Assembly: GCF_011386835.1 (NCBI RefSeq)
Contig: NC_088794.1
Span: forward strand, 56,854,001-56,918,000
DNA from: Chrysemys picta bellii
Lineage: Eukaryota
Length of the DNA stretch: 64,000 bases
Direction: 5' to 3'
Under the pieces are notes generated by a model. It saw only the letters and a list, made by a program, of their open reading frames with translations, had not been told where the DNA came from and did no database searches. This document shows positions 37,622-48,640 of this stretch, in pieces (within the stretch, counting starts at the first letter, position 1; each line of letters begins with the position of its first letter). The position numbers and the translations under genes were made by a program.

Positions 37622-38117
37622 GCTTATATTTCTATAGTGACATTCATAGAAAAGTATCCCAAAGCACTTCAGAAAGGCAGGAATTACTTCATCTACCAAT
37701 CAAGTGTAGCCATCACTGGGGTAAAGTATGGCAGCTGAACTCACATGCAGTGTAACTAGGCACAGTTTTAAAGACAGGATGTGAGAAAACTGTATGTGCT
37801 TAAAATTACAGGGGGAGTTTGAGGAGGCAGAACTACTCCCCCACCTTCACCAATGAACTGGAATTGAACTAGAGCCCAGTTACACCCCTTTTATGAAACT
37901 GCATTATGGGTTCTAATATCCACAATTGTTCAGGACTTCCTGCTGCAGCACTGGCTTGAACCCTCTCAGAGGGGAAGAAAGCCATTGACTCACACACTAC
38001 CACCACTGCTTGCAGCACCTACACGTCTGCTGAAGAGCCCTCAATTAAGTACTGACCAGGCTCAGCCTTGCTTAACTGGAGAGACCTGATGAGATTAAGA
38101 CAGTAAAGGCTGCAGGC
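37622..38117 (-). mobile_element. AmnSINE1-like 5S/Deu SINE, near full length
   Basis: 5S rRNA-like head AATCTCATCAGGTCTC..GTTAAGCAAGGCTGAGCCTGGTCAGTACTT. Deu core CAGCTGCCATACTTTACCCCAGTGATGGCTAC. Tail GAAGTGCTTTGGGATAC. Confidence 0.8.
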
Positions 38118-38760
38118 CAAGGAGAAAGAATGTTTGCTACTGTGCAAACTAAGGATGCTTGAATGTGACCATCTCTGAAAGACATAACACTGGTATGTGT
38201 TTGCACACAAGTAGCTCAGGTCTTTCACTTCAGGAATTGGATTTAAACCCCATCCTCACAACTAGCAGAAGGCTCCAAAATCTAATTAATCAAACACAGT
38301 TTAAGCAATGGGATTAAGACATCACTTTAGCCAGGAATGGCAATTTAAATCTTTGATCTACTGCCGTGAATTGGACTGCTCAGAGGCTCATATTTCAAGG
38401 TACAAGATACTACCCACTTGACTGGAAAGGGTTGGGTTTTTTGTTGAGACGGTCCTTTGTGTTGGTGAAGACTTGGAGGATGTGGAAGGAATTGCCACAC
38501 TGGGCCTATAACCCTTCAACACCATGAAAGGTAAATTGTGGTTCTGTAGCATCTTGTGATAAGGTAGAAAGTGAAGTTTAACTGTTTTACAGTGATCAGA
38601 AAAGCTTGGGGAGCCAAAATCAGAACTCATGTATTATCACAAGCGCTATCCCATGGGGCAAAAACAAAATGTGCCCATGTTTTTTATTAACATTTTCCTT
38701 CCAGAAACTAACATGCATATCAGAGTCATAAGAGTCAAAGAATGAGACACAAACCCATAC

Positions 38761-38814
38761 CCTTTTCTCCATTTCCAGCATACTCGATCTGTCAGAGGTT
38801 TTTTCCTGTTTCTG
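38761..38814 (-). CDS. PPP1R12B: PPP1R12B exon QKQEKTSDRSSMLEMEKR
   Basis: tagCAG tandem acceptor, AGG|gtatgg donor, 54 nt. Confidence 0.96.
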
Positions 38815-39116
38815 CTATTTAAATTAAAAATAGAAAGTTATTAAAACAGAGTGGCATGCACAGGGACAGCACAAAGGGACTGTCCAGAACCTCCATACCT
38901 AAGAAAGCTGTCTTTCCAAGGAGCCTAATGTAGTTAACATGAACAATCATACTTTCCTCTTCAATGGCACCTTTCAGAGAATCCAAAGCACTTTACAAGC
39001 AAGCACAATTTTCTTTTACGGAAACCATACCAGCACCTCCAAATCATAGGTTCATCAGCCAACACCTCCTCCTCCCGTCTTCATCTCCCCAGGTCTGGAG
39101 ACCCTTTCCTCCTTAC

Positions 39117-39221
39117 CTGGGCTGCTTTTTCCAGTTTCGATTTGATATCAGCCAGCTCCAGCTGGGCTTCCTGCAGTTTTGATTTCAGCTTTTGGTTTTC
39201 AGACAGCGCGCCCTCATAGAG
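39117..39221 (-). CDS. PPP1R12B: PPP1R12B exon LYEGALSENQKLKSKLQEAQLELADIKSKLEKAAQ
   Basis: ctgtttcag acceptor, CAG|gtaagg donor, 105 nt. Coiled-coil sequence matches MYPT2. Confidence 0.97.
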
Positions 39222-40767
39222 CTGAAACAGGAAGCCAGGTATGTGAATTGCTCTGTGCCTATCAGATGAGCCTGCCTAACAGTCACAACTGCATGGAGAC
39301 ATGGTGCTCCGCAGCGCTGAACATCAGTAGCAGGTTTTAGAGCCGTTTCCGCATTGCCACCACTTTCTAAGAATGGCTCAGCTCTTCTGCACTGATTTTT
39401 TCCTCCCAAGTTCTAATAAACTGATTTCGTAAAAGAAATTAAGAAGGTCCATTGCGGCTTTTGTAATTTCTTAAAGCCACAGGCAGTAGACAAAGAAAAG
39501 GGACATTTTTAAGAATGGCTTGCCTGTCTTAATAATTTAATATAATAAAGAACTCAGAAGTTCAATCAACGTCACTGAGTTGGCTGACCATACCTAAACC
39601 TGTAATTCATCTGAGAGTGTGTTGCTATGCTCTTACATGGTTTCACTTCAAGGAGGAGAGAAAACTGTCAAGACATTCTACCAGGGAGAAAGATTACCAG
39701 CCTCACCAATTCCTGAGTCCATCAGTATTTCCCACCTCTCAGAGAGGCAAGACAAACACCTTTAGACAAACTGTGCTGGAATGTTACAGTCCTGCACGTT
39801 GACTGGCTATTAAGGAGACACTGATTTCTAATTCAGATGGAGTCCTCTCTCACCATACCACATTATTTAAAAATCGAAAATGAAGTACCTTTTAGGGTTT
39901 AACATCCCTAGGAATTAAGATCACCTTAATCGGTTCACCTTTCACACAGTTGTAACTTGCTATTACCATATTTTATTTCATTTATTTCTCACACACATAC
40001 ACACCCACACGTTCCTCCCTGCTTTAAGATCAGGTTAAAGAATGATTTCACCCCTTAGCTTTAGTTATTGAAGGATTAAGGCAAGAGTTAAATTAGGTTC
40101 TTCCAAAATAGCTATATAAGGTGGTAGCTTAACGCCCATGGACGGACGTATATTACGTTCCCCTTAGCTCATAATACCAAACTACGTATTTTGGTTTCCC
40201 CTGCCAACTAGCATTCCAGGTTTCATCCTGGTGCTAATTCAAAGCAGATGAAGAATGTCATGAAAACCAGTGGTTATAAACACCGAGCAAAGATTACCCA
40301 GCGATAATGCACGATAAGGCTTTCCAAAATGCCACTCAGACTGTGTAGCTACTTTTCAGATGCTTTCATCTTTGTCATTTGAGAAATTCCCCTGAAAAGG
40401 AACTTTGTAAACTAGCTGCATGTTGTTAAACCAAACTACTCTGAGCTGGAACACTTCTCCAGCCTGCTCGCCTCTTTCCTGTGTATTCAATCTTCTCTCG
40501 CTCCCTGAGTCCATGATTCTTTATACCTTTGAAGGAGTGTGATTCCCACAGACAGTGAAGTCAAGAGAAACAAGGCCGGTGATGGCTGAGCTGATTAAAA
40601 TAACCCTTTGCTTGCAAGCTAACTTTTAGTGATTCCTGAAAACTCTCCCTTTTTGATCTTTCACAGCTCCTCCCCACAGACCTCAGGTTTCTGCAAGAAG
40701 GCTACAGCTCAAATAGGCAGCTCTTAGGGTACATGGGATAGAAACATTACATATAAAAGAGCCCTAC

Positions 40768-40915
40768 TTTTTTATAGTCCCTGTTAGTCTCCTCCTCTGT
40801 TCTACTGCTGAGGGAAGCCAGGCGGTTCTCTCTTCTGGTGTAAGCGCTGGAGCGGCTGGAGGCGCGATCGCTGTACGAGTCGCTGGTGGTAGGGCTTGTA
40901 CCTGCTGATTCCAAC
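40768..40915 (-). CDS. PPP1R12B: PPP1R12B exon (R)LESAGTSPTTSDSYSDRASSRSSAYTRRENRLASLSSRTEEETNRDYKK
   Basis: tttttag acceptor, AAA|gtaggg donor, 148 nt. Phase 2 start fits the preceding 17-nt exon. Confidence 0.96.
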
Positions 40916-41333
40916 CTAAAAACAAACAAGATCCAACACTAGTAGAGTAAAGATCAGCCTGGGACCAGCTAAGATGTGGTCAGTGTGACCACGACTGGTC
41001 AGGACTCAAGCCTTCCAAGAAACATCTCAACACCTACCAGAAGCATCTCAGAACAGTCACTGACATAGCGTCACTGTTATCATTCTGGAGCTCAGTGCAA
41101 AGCTTAAATGAAGTTCACATGAGGAACTCCTGACCGACGTGGTCACCTACAGCTTGGAAACTCAGAAAACAGGGTATTGGCCCCATCCCCACCAATCAAG
41201 GATATACAAGTCAGCAGTTTCTGCCAACCTTTCCCCCAAGGTATGGTTCTGCCTCGCTGGCGGAGGGGTTCCCCACCCATTCAAACGGCAGTGAAAGGGA
41301 TAATGTCTTTCTCTTTGCTGAGTCACTGCCTAT

Positions 41334-41560
41334 GGCCTTGGCTACACTGGCGCTGTACAGCGCTGCAACTTGCTGCGCTCAGGGGTGTGAAAACGCCCCC
41401 CTCCCCTCGGGCACAGCGAGTGCAGCGCTGTAAAGCGCCAGTGTGATCAGAGCCTGCAGCGCTGCAAGCTACTCCCCTCAGAGCTCTCTCGCAACGCTGG
41501 CGGTGCGACTACACTTGCGCTTCACAGTGCTGCCGCGAATTCCCAAGTGTAGCCAAGGCC
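41334..41560. mobile_element. Harbinger MITE
   Basis: Perfect 15-bp TIRs GGCCTTGGCTACACT / AGTGTAGCCAAGGCC. 3-bp TSD TAT on both sides. Confidence 0.9.
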
Positions 41561-41784
41561 TATGTGATTTCTTTTTGGGAGAAGAATGGTTCCAAAACTT
41601 GCATGAGGCAAGTATTATACCAAGGGAACCCTTTTTGGAATCAACTTAGTCCTGGACCCTGATCCATGCTTCATCTCCAATAAGCAGGAAATGCTACTCA
41701 TTTAGAGTGCTGTGAATGTAGGAGGCAAGACAAATATACCATTTATACCTGTTAATTAGAAAGTGTGAATGGTAAAGCTCTTAC

Positions 41785-41801
41785 CTGGAAAGTCTTTCAT
41801 G
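41785..41801 (-). CDS. PPP1R12B: PPP1R12B 17-nt microexon HERLS(R)
   Basis: TGCTAAT branch point, pyrimidine tract, cctttag|CATGAAAGACTTTCCAG|gtaaga. Encodes HERLSR as in human MYPT2. Confidence 0.95.
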
Positions 41802-43498
41802 CTAAAGGAAGAGGGAGACAAAAGAAAACAGGATTAGCAAGTGAGACACCATTAACATGTCAACTCAAGAATTGCAGCTACAGCACTTAGGAGCTACTTT
41901 CCAACTCTGAAAGCAAGCCCCAAGAACACTGTTACAAGCTTTTTCCCATTTATCCAAACTGTACTATCTCTCGTATCCAAACCACAAATCTCTGATCTTT
42001 TCCCATAACCTCTCAATTGCTATGACTTCACTGCAGCATTTCAAGTTTCAACCTATCTGAAGACACTGGGCAAAATCCAAGTTTCCAAAATCATAACATT
42101 GTAGATGACTGTCAGGGAGGAAAGTGGAGTCAGATAGGAGTGTGTGTGTCTGTCTGTAACAAATGAGATTCCTTTACATGGAGATAGTTCTAAATCCGTT
42201 GGCTGTACGTTAAACTTCCTCCATCTAGTTCACATTAGGCTGACTTAAATTCTGTCTCTACCAAGACCAATGATAGCTTACGTTTTACATATCCTTAAAT
42301 GCAAGCCTAAAATATCCATTAGTGAAGACTGCTACCGTGTGTGCACTGCACCCAAAATCTCATTCATGGAAGGGACATTCGTCATGAAAGGAATAATTCA
42401 TTGGTTGTCAGATCTCCCTTAGATTCATAACAAATGTACACGTGCTCCTCTCTAAATGAACGCATGCCTTCTAACCCTGATGGAAGAAGCGTCCATTGAG
42501 CGAGATAGAGGAGAACAGCATGGGAAAGTATGACACAAAGACAACCCTCTCTCCTTCCCCCTGCGTATTTGTGTTAGACTCTGAAAATCTGCAAATTGGC
42601 ATTGTTTTCAAGGCTGAACATCTCCCACCTAAAGCAAACTTCCTGCAGAAGGAATGCTCTATTCAGAAGTTACTCAAGAATGCTGAGGGGACACAGCAGT
42701 ACCTGAGCATAGTGAAACTATGGGGGACCCTGGCTGCAGAGCACCAGGCAAGATGATTTGGAATTTTTGGTGCAGAGTTCAACCAACCTCCAAATCACCC
42801 CTGCAGTTCTATTCTTAGCACTGCATCTGCTGCAGCCCACTTGTGCTCTTAAACCAAAGACAATCTGAGCCAACCTATACATAAAATAAATCAGAGCATA
42901 GTTTGGCTTGGCACAACAATCTGCTACAGAGGTTAGCTGCGGTAAGCCACACTTGCTAAAAAGAGTCTTCTGGGTTGGAATGTTCTCCATTACATACAAG
43001 TGCATAAGTCACACAGTAGTGGCATAGATGACACAGCATGTACCATCACAAGTACGGTCCCCACACATCCTTCCATCATCTCTGTAACCCTTGTGTTTAT
43101 TTTATAGACATTTAAGTTTTAATTTATAGAATTCAATGCCAACTGGACCACGATTTTCCCTTTTTGAACCTTGTGTTAGTTTTGTAACCTCTAAAACGGG
43201 TGTAAAATGCTATTATATCACAGTATTAATGCTTTACATCCACTGCACTAGTGCAAGTGACAGCACAAAGCAGTAGAGAAGTGGGCCCTGTTTTAATCCC
43301 ATGCCCAGCCCCTCCACCCCACTCCCCAGTTAATTCTCCTTTGTTGGACTTGAGCTAATCAAATACGCTGTAAAATTTAATGCCAAAAGCCTCACTTGAG
43401 TGGATAACTTATTGCCCATTTTCAAGAGGTGAGATCTGAACCCTTTAAGGGTGTCATGGGCTAAGACCCAAGATTTAGCTTGAAGTTGCCTCTCAAAC

Positions 43499-43621
43499 GA
43501 GGGTTGCCAACCCTTCAGGATTGTCCTGGAGTCTCCATGAATTAAAGATGAATTTTTAATTAAAGATTAGGTCATGAGATGAAATCTCCAGGAATATGTC
43601 CAACCAAAATTGGCAACCCTA
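43499..43621. mobile_element. Short hAT MITE (123 bp)
   Basis: TIRs GAGGGTTGCCAAC / ATTGGCAACCCTA. Perfect 8-bp TSD TCTCAAAC. Confidence 0.9.
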
Positions 43622-43687
43622 TCTCAAACTGCTTGATAGTGAAAAGTCCACCTAGGCTTCAAAACTAGGGTTGCAGTCTTGTTAGCC

Positions 43688-44095
43688 CAGGGGTGGCCAA
43701 CCTGAGCCTGAGAAGGAGCCAGAATTTACCAATGTACATTGCCAAAGAGCCACAGTAATACGTCAGCAGCCCCTCATCAATCAGCTCCACCTCCCCCCAG
43801 CGACTCCCGCCCACCGGCAGCCTTGCTGATCAGCGCTCCCCCCCCCCCCCAATCAGCTGTTTCGTGGCATGCAGGAGGCTCTGGGGAAGGTAGGGAGGAA
43901 GAGCGAGGGCACGGCAGGCTCAGGGGAGGGGGTGGGAAGGGGTGGAGTGGGGACAGGGCCTGTGGTAGAGCCAGGGGTTGAGCAGTGAGCACCCCCTGGC
44001 ACATTGGAAAGTTGTCGCCTGTAGCTCCAGCCCCGGAGTCGGTGCCTATACAAGGAGCCACATATGGCTCCAGAGTCACAGGTTGGCCACCCCTG
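43688..44095. mobile_element. hAT MITE
   Basis: Perfect 17-bp TIRs CAGGGGTGGCCAACCTG / CAGGTTGGCCACCCCTG. TSD TGTTAGCC / TGTTAGAG (6/8). Confidence 0.87.
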
Positions 44096-44404
44096 TGTTA
44101 GAGTGTTCAGCATCTCTATCAACGTCTGAAGTCCAGGGGCTTCTCCATGTTCATGGAGAAATACACAGCAAATGGTTCTATATACTCTCCTTGGCTATAA
44201 TATTCTTATGAGCAGACAGGGTGAAAAAAAAACTAAAAATCCTGCTTACAGAAACTGAGCAAGAACAGAGCAACTGAGAGAAGCACCACATCATTCTAGC
44301 AGCATGAGGCCTGCATCCAGTTTAACTCAAGTACAACCTTAAGGTGCATCAGAAGCTTGTGTGCACTGCCACATTTGCTTGTACTTAAATATTCTTCATA
44401 ATTT

Positions 44405-44560
44405 AATCTCACGTTTCTATAGCAACAGAGAAGGATTCCAAAGTGCTTTGCAAACAAAAACGCTGTTCAAACAGTACACAGGGACCACTTCATTACACAG
44501 CCACCTCTGGAGTGAAACCTGGCAAGTGTTTAGCTGTACAAAGCAACTCTACATAACAGT
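44405..44560 (-). mobile_element. Second AmnSINE1/Deu 3' fragment
   Basis: Plus strand TTCCAAAGTGCTTTGCA...ACAGCCACCTCTGGAGTGAAACCTGGCAAGTG is the reverse of the Deu core plus tail. Confidence 0.6.
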
Positions 44561-44942
44561 TCAAGGCTGGGGGAGCAAACAGTGAAACCGCATTTGATAA
44601 GTGAACAGAAATTGCTTTGTTGGTTGAGTTCACCAGCAATGGAAAAAAGCTGCCATCAATTAGCTCCGTCTTCTTTCTACAGTTATAGCTGCCGGATCCC
44701 TTGTGTTACACTCAGACCATACTTTGGGCACCCTTGTTTAGGGCCAACTGCTAACTCTTAAAGTAGCTCTGCCATAAAAGTTTGAGGGGAAGATTTTCAA
44801 AAGAGACAAATTACAATTAGGCACCTAACTGCTATTTATACTTTTGAAAGTCTTCCCCTTAGCGTGTCTGCTGTTAGGGAAATGAGCAAAAAAGCAAACC
44901 ACTATCTCCATGTAGGCAGTTGTGTGGCCCCATCACCATAGT

Positions 44943-45603
44943 TAGGGCCCTACCAATTTCATGTCCATGAAAAATGCAACACGGGCCATGAAATAAGCCC
45001 TTCCCCGTGAAATCTGATGTCCCCTTATTCTTAGGAGCGTCCCTGCAAAGGGGGCTCCTAGATCTGGCTGGGGACGGACAGAACTTGTCCATCCCCTGCA
45101 CAGCTGCTCAGGGTGGGAGGACGGACTAGACCCACCTCCGGGTGCCTCCCCCTGCTGCAGGATGCTCTGGGACTGGGCAGCAGCCCCAGAGGTTCCTAAA
45201 GCTGGAAGAGGCTTGTGGAGTTGGATCCAATCTTCCCTGTGCTGCTGGGAGCGCTCCAGCAAAGGGGGCTCCTAGCTGCTAGTCGGGGCAGGGCTGGGGC
45301 GGGGCAGGGCTTGCTCTTTCCCTGCAGGGCTGCTCTTGGGTATCTCTCTGTCTACAGATAGCTCTGCACGCCCTCCTCCTCACTCTGTCCAGCTCTGAGG
45401 GCAGCACAGAAGTGAGGGTGACAATCCCATGACCCCTCTACACAGGTTTGCGACCCCCACAATCTCCTTTTGATTCAGGACCCCCACAGTTACAACACTG
45501 TGAAATTTCAGATTTAAACATCTGCAAACATGAAATTTACTAATTTTCAAATCCTATGGCCGTGAAATTGTCCATAATGGACCATGAATTTGATAGGGCC
45601 CTA
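44943..45603. mobile_element. hAT non-autonomous element (661 bp)
   Basis: TIRs TAGGGCCCTACCAATTTCA / TGAATTTGATAGGGCCCTA. TSD ACCATAGT / ACCATAGC (7/8). Confidence 0.88.
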
Positions 45604-45661
45604 ACCATAGCATATGGGTACCTCACCAACATTACTTTGTTCTGATGGCCAGAAGATAAGG

Positions 45662-46080
45662 AAAGTTTGTTCTTCCCCATTGTACAGGTGGCAAACTGAG
45701 GCACAGGGAGTCTTCGGCAGCACTTCAGAGGTGGGGGATCCGCTCCATGTCTTCCGCAGCACTGAAGGACCTCCCGGCGCCAAAGACCCCGGAGTGGACC
45801 CCCCCCACCCTGTGAACCTAAGGCGCGGGCCTTCTTACCCATGGGGCCCGATTCCGGGGAATCGGCCTAAAGCCGGCCCTGGATGAGAGGACATTTTCAA
45901 ACACACCTCAGTGATTCAGAGACTGTCCCATTTCCAAAGGTGTCAGAGCACTTGGGGGCCCATATCCCTCTGATCTTCTGAGAAACTTTGGCTCCTAAAC
46001 TGCCTGAGCTGTCTTTGGCAGAGCTGGGAATTGAACACAGCTCTGACCTTCCGTTCACTGCCTTAACCACAAGGCTACGC
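45662..46080. mobile_element. MIR/CORE-SINE pieces with a truncated hAT MITE (about 45706-45881) between them
   Basis: CCCCATTGTACAGGTGGCAAACTGAGGCACAG and GGCAGAGCTGGGAATTGAAC...CTTAACCAC are CORE-like. The insert ends AAGCCGGCCCTG. Confidence 0.55.
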
Positions 46081-46988
46081 TTTGGCATGTGCCTTATTTT
46101 TCTAAGAGCCTTTGGTTGGGGCAGCTGTAATTAAGAGGCCTTGCAGGGAGTTAAGTTAAGGAGGAAAACCTCCACATTTTACTGGCATCTCATACTGTGA
46201 TGTTTACCTTGAGTAGCTTTCCCGCTTCTGTGCTTCCTGCCTGACACAACAAAGCCTCCTTGCTCTTTTGCAAGAGGCTCTAGTAAAACTTGCTTCTTAA
46301 AATAAAGCATCTCACTTCAGCACAAAAGTCAGACAGCTACCCAATGTCTTCTGGCTCCATCTTCTCCATTCCGCAGGGCAGAGGAATTAGGAGGTGATTA
46401 ACAACGCTCTTGTTGAAAATGATTCAAGTGTTTTACAGACCAATATGCTAATCCCTTTCAGTGACAGCAACCGGTCATGGAAATAATCCACTTAATTTGA
46501 AGCTTTGCTGCTATTACATCAGGACTGTTTATGTTCTGTAACAGCATTGAGAAAGTCCTCAAATAACAGGTCTTTTTTCCTGGAGGGCAGCGTGGGGGGA
46601 GAAGGGGAAACCGTTTTGAATTGGGGAGGGAGGGGGATATCACATGGTCACCTTATGAAAAGCACAATGTGGTCACTTTGTTCACAAACCAGGGAAGTCT
46701 TTCTCAGGCAGAGGGGAGAGAGACCAAATGAGATTGGGGGTTGGGGTCAGGGGGGAAGAGACTAAAAGCTACTGACAGAAAGAGGGAGAAAAGAGACAAG
46801 AGCATTGTGTCATCCCAGCTCTACTCCCTTCCATGAGAGCATCAGGCAGCATCCTTTCAGGCAGGGCACTTCTTACTTCATTAGGGCCAAAATTACTGCT
46901 GGAAAGGACACTGCAAGGCAGCCCAACAGGCATTTAGGAACCGACATGAAAGGAACAGCCAAACAGCCCCCTCAGTGGTTATTTTAAA

Positions 46989-47581
46989 TAAGGTTACCAT
47001 ACGTCCGGATTTTCCTGGACATGTCCGGCTTTTTGGTCCTCAAATCCCCGTCCGGGAGGAAATTCCAAAAAGCTGGATATGTCCGGGAAAATAGGGAGCG
47101 GTCGTGGGGCTTGGATCCGGGCTGGAGCCGCTGGGGCCGGCGCCGCTCGGCTGGAACCGGGGCCCGAGCTGGGCCGGAGCCGCTGGGACCGGGGCTGGGG
47201 GTGCTCGGCCGGCGCCACATGCCCAGGGCCGGGGCGGAGCTGGTCGGCCGGAACCGGGGCCTGAGCCGAGCTGGAGTCGCCGGGGCTGGCGCCCCAGGGC
47301 CCAAGCCGAGCCTGGCCGGAGACGCCGGGGCCAGAGACGCTCGGCTGGGGGGGCTGGACTGGACCGCGCCTCCTCGCACCCCACCACCTCCCCAGCCCCA
47401 GCTTACCTGTTGTCTGCCTGTTTGAGGCTTCCCGCAAATATTTGATTCGCGGGAAGCAGGGGAGGGGGAGGAGCAGGGGGCGGAGCATTCAGGGGAGGAG
47501 GCAGAGTTGGGGTGGGGCCGGGGCGGGGAAGGGGCCCCGTGGAGTGTCCTCTTCTTGTTTTTTTTAAATATGGTAACCCTA
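46989..47581. mobile_element. hAT MITE with GC-rich internal repeats
   Basis: TIRs TAAGGTTACCAT / ATGGTAACCCTA. Flanks ATTTTAAA / TTTTAAAA, consistent with an 8-bp TSD that lost one A. Confidence 0.8.
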
Positions 47582-47699
47582 TTTTAAAAACATCTTTATA
47601 CCACAACTTACAAAGCCAAGACTGCCTGACGCTTTTCTCGATGGGTGGGTCTGGGTGCACACTTAATCTGTGCGGCTCTGTCTTGTTAAATTAATCCAA

Positions 47700-48640
47700 T
47701 TTATTATAAGAAGTTCATAATTTACAGGAAATCATTGGATTTCACATTTGTACCCCAGACTGCAGCTCTGCAGAAAGCTTAGCATCTTTCTCAAGGTCCA
47801 TCATCTTCTTGTGTCCTTCCACCCACAATCATAGTTTTTTTTTCCCCGTAGCAGGCACATGATATGGCCCCGTCTGTGGCCCTGGAGAGGTCTTCCATGG
47901 TGTATGGCTCCTCCGGGAGCTAGCTGACCAGCAGATGGTCCATGGCTGTGTTTCACCACAGTCCCATGTCTGGGTTGTTGGTAGCCCCTTTTGTGCACAG
48001 GGATTTTTGAATGGCCATCTCTTATATGGAGGTGCTTTAAACAACATCTCTAGGTCAACCAATCCTTCCCTGCACCTGTCGGAAGGTATTCCGCAATACT
48101 GATGTGCCTTTTGACATCCTCAGCGTGTATTTCTAGCTGCGTGTGCCCCATTTCCAGTCACATGGCCATCAGTGATTTTCTAAGAGACTGCACTGGAGCT
48201 AGAAAGTGTGGGTTATTTCAGGCGGCTAACTGCCATGTAGCAGATGTCTGGTACCTTCGACTTGATGCAATCATTCTATTTTGCTTGTGACTGATCTGCT
48301 GATATCCGGCGGAACAATTTTGGCAAGCGCATAGAGGCTGTTCACGTCTGGCTTTAGACATCCTGTGATGTAACGACAGCTGTCATTCAGAACAGGGCCC
48401 AGCTTCTTTGCATGAGCCAATCTTTCCCACATGGGACGTGTGTATTTGGCCGTTGAATAGCAAAGTGCAAGTGTGGCGGCTCTTAATGTTGCTGGGTTAG
48501 CTCCCCATTTTGAATTTGCAAGTATGTTATTCCCAAGGTCTGAAAGCCTTGGACGCTTTCCCTCAGCCTATTTATAGTCCAGCAGAGTGATCCAGTTCAA
48601 GTAATATTTTGAGAGAAAGATCATTAAGTTCCAGGTTTGT
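47700..48640 (-). mobile_element. Vingi/Ingi-related non-LTR retrotransposon, 5'-truncated and decayed ORF C-terminus
   Basis: Minus-strand translation from 48531: NNILANSKWGANPATLRAATLALCYSTAKYTRPMWERLAHAKKLGPVLNDSCRYITGCLKPDVNSLYALAKIVPPDISR. Later CGETQ..MDHLLVS zinc-finger remnant. Confidence 0.78.

Noticed and set aside
38030-38117. 5S rRNA gene
   Set aside because: Heavily diverged and continuous with a Deu-domain SINE body, so called AmnSINE1-like instead.
46984-47488. Overlapping Pro/Ala/Gly-rich ORFs on both strands
   Set aside because: Same cause: the GC-rich core of a hAT MITE.
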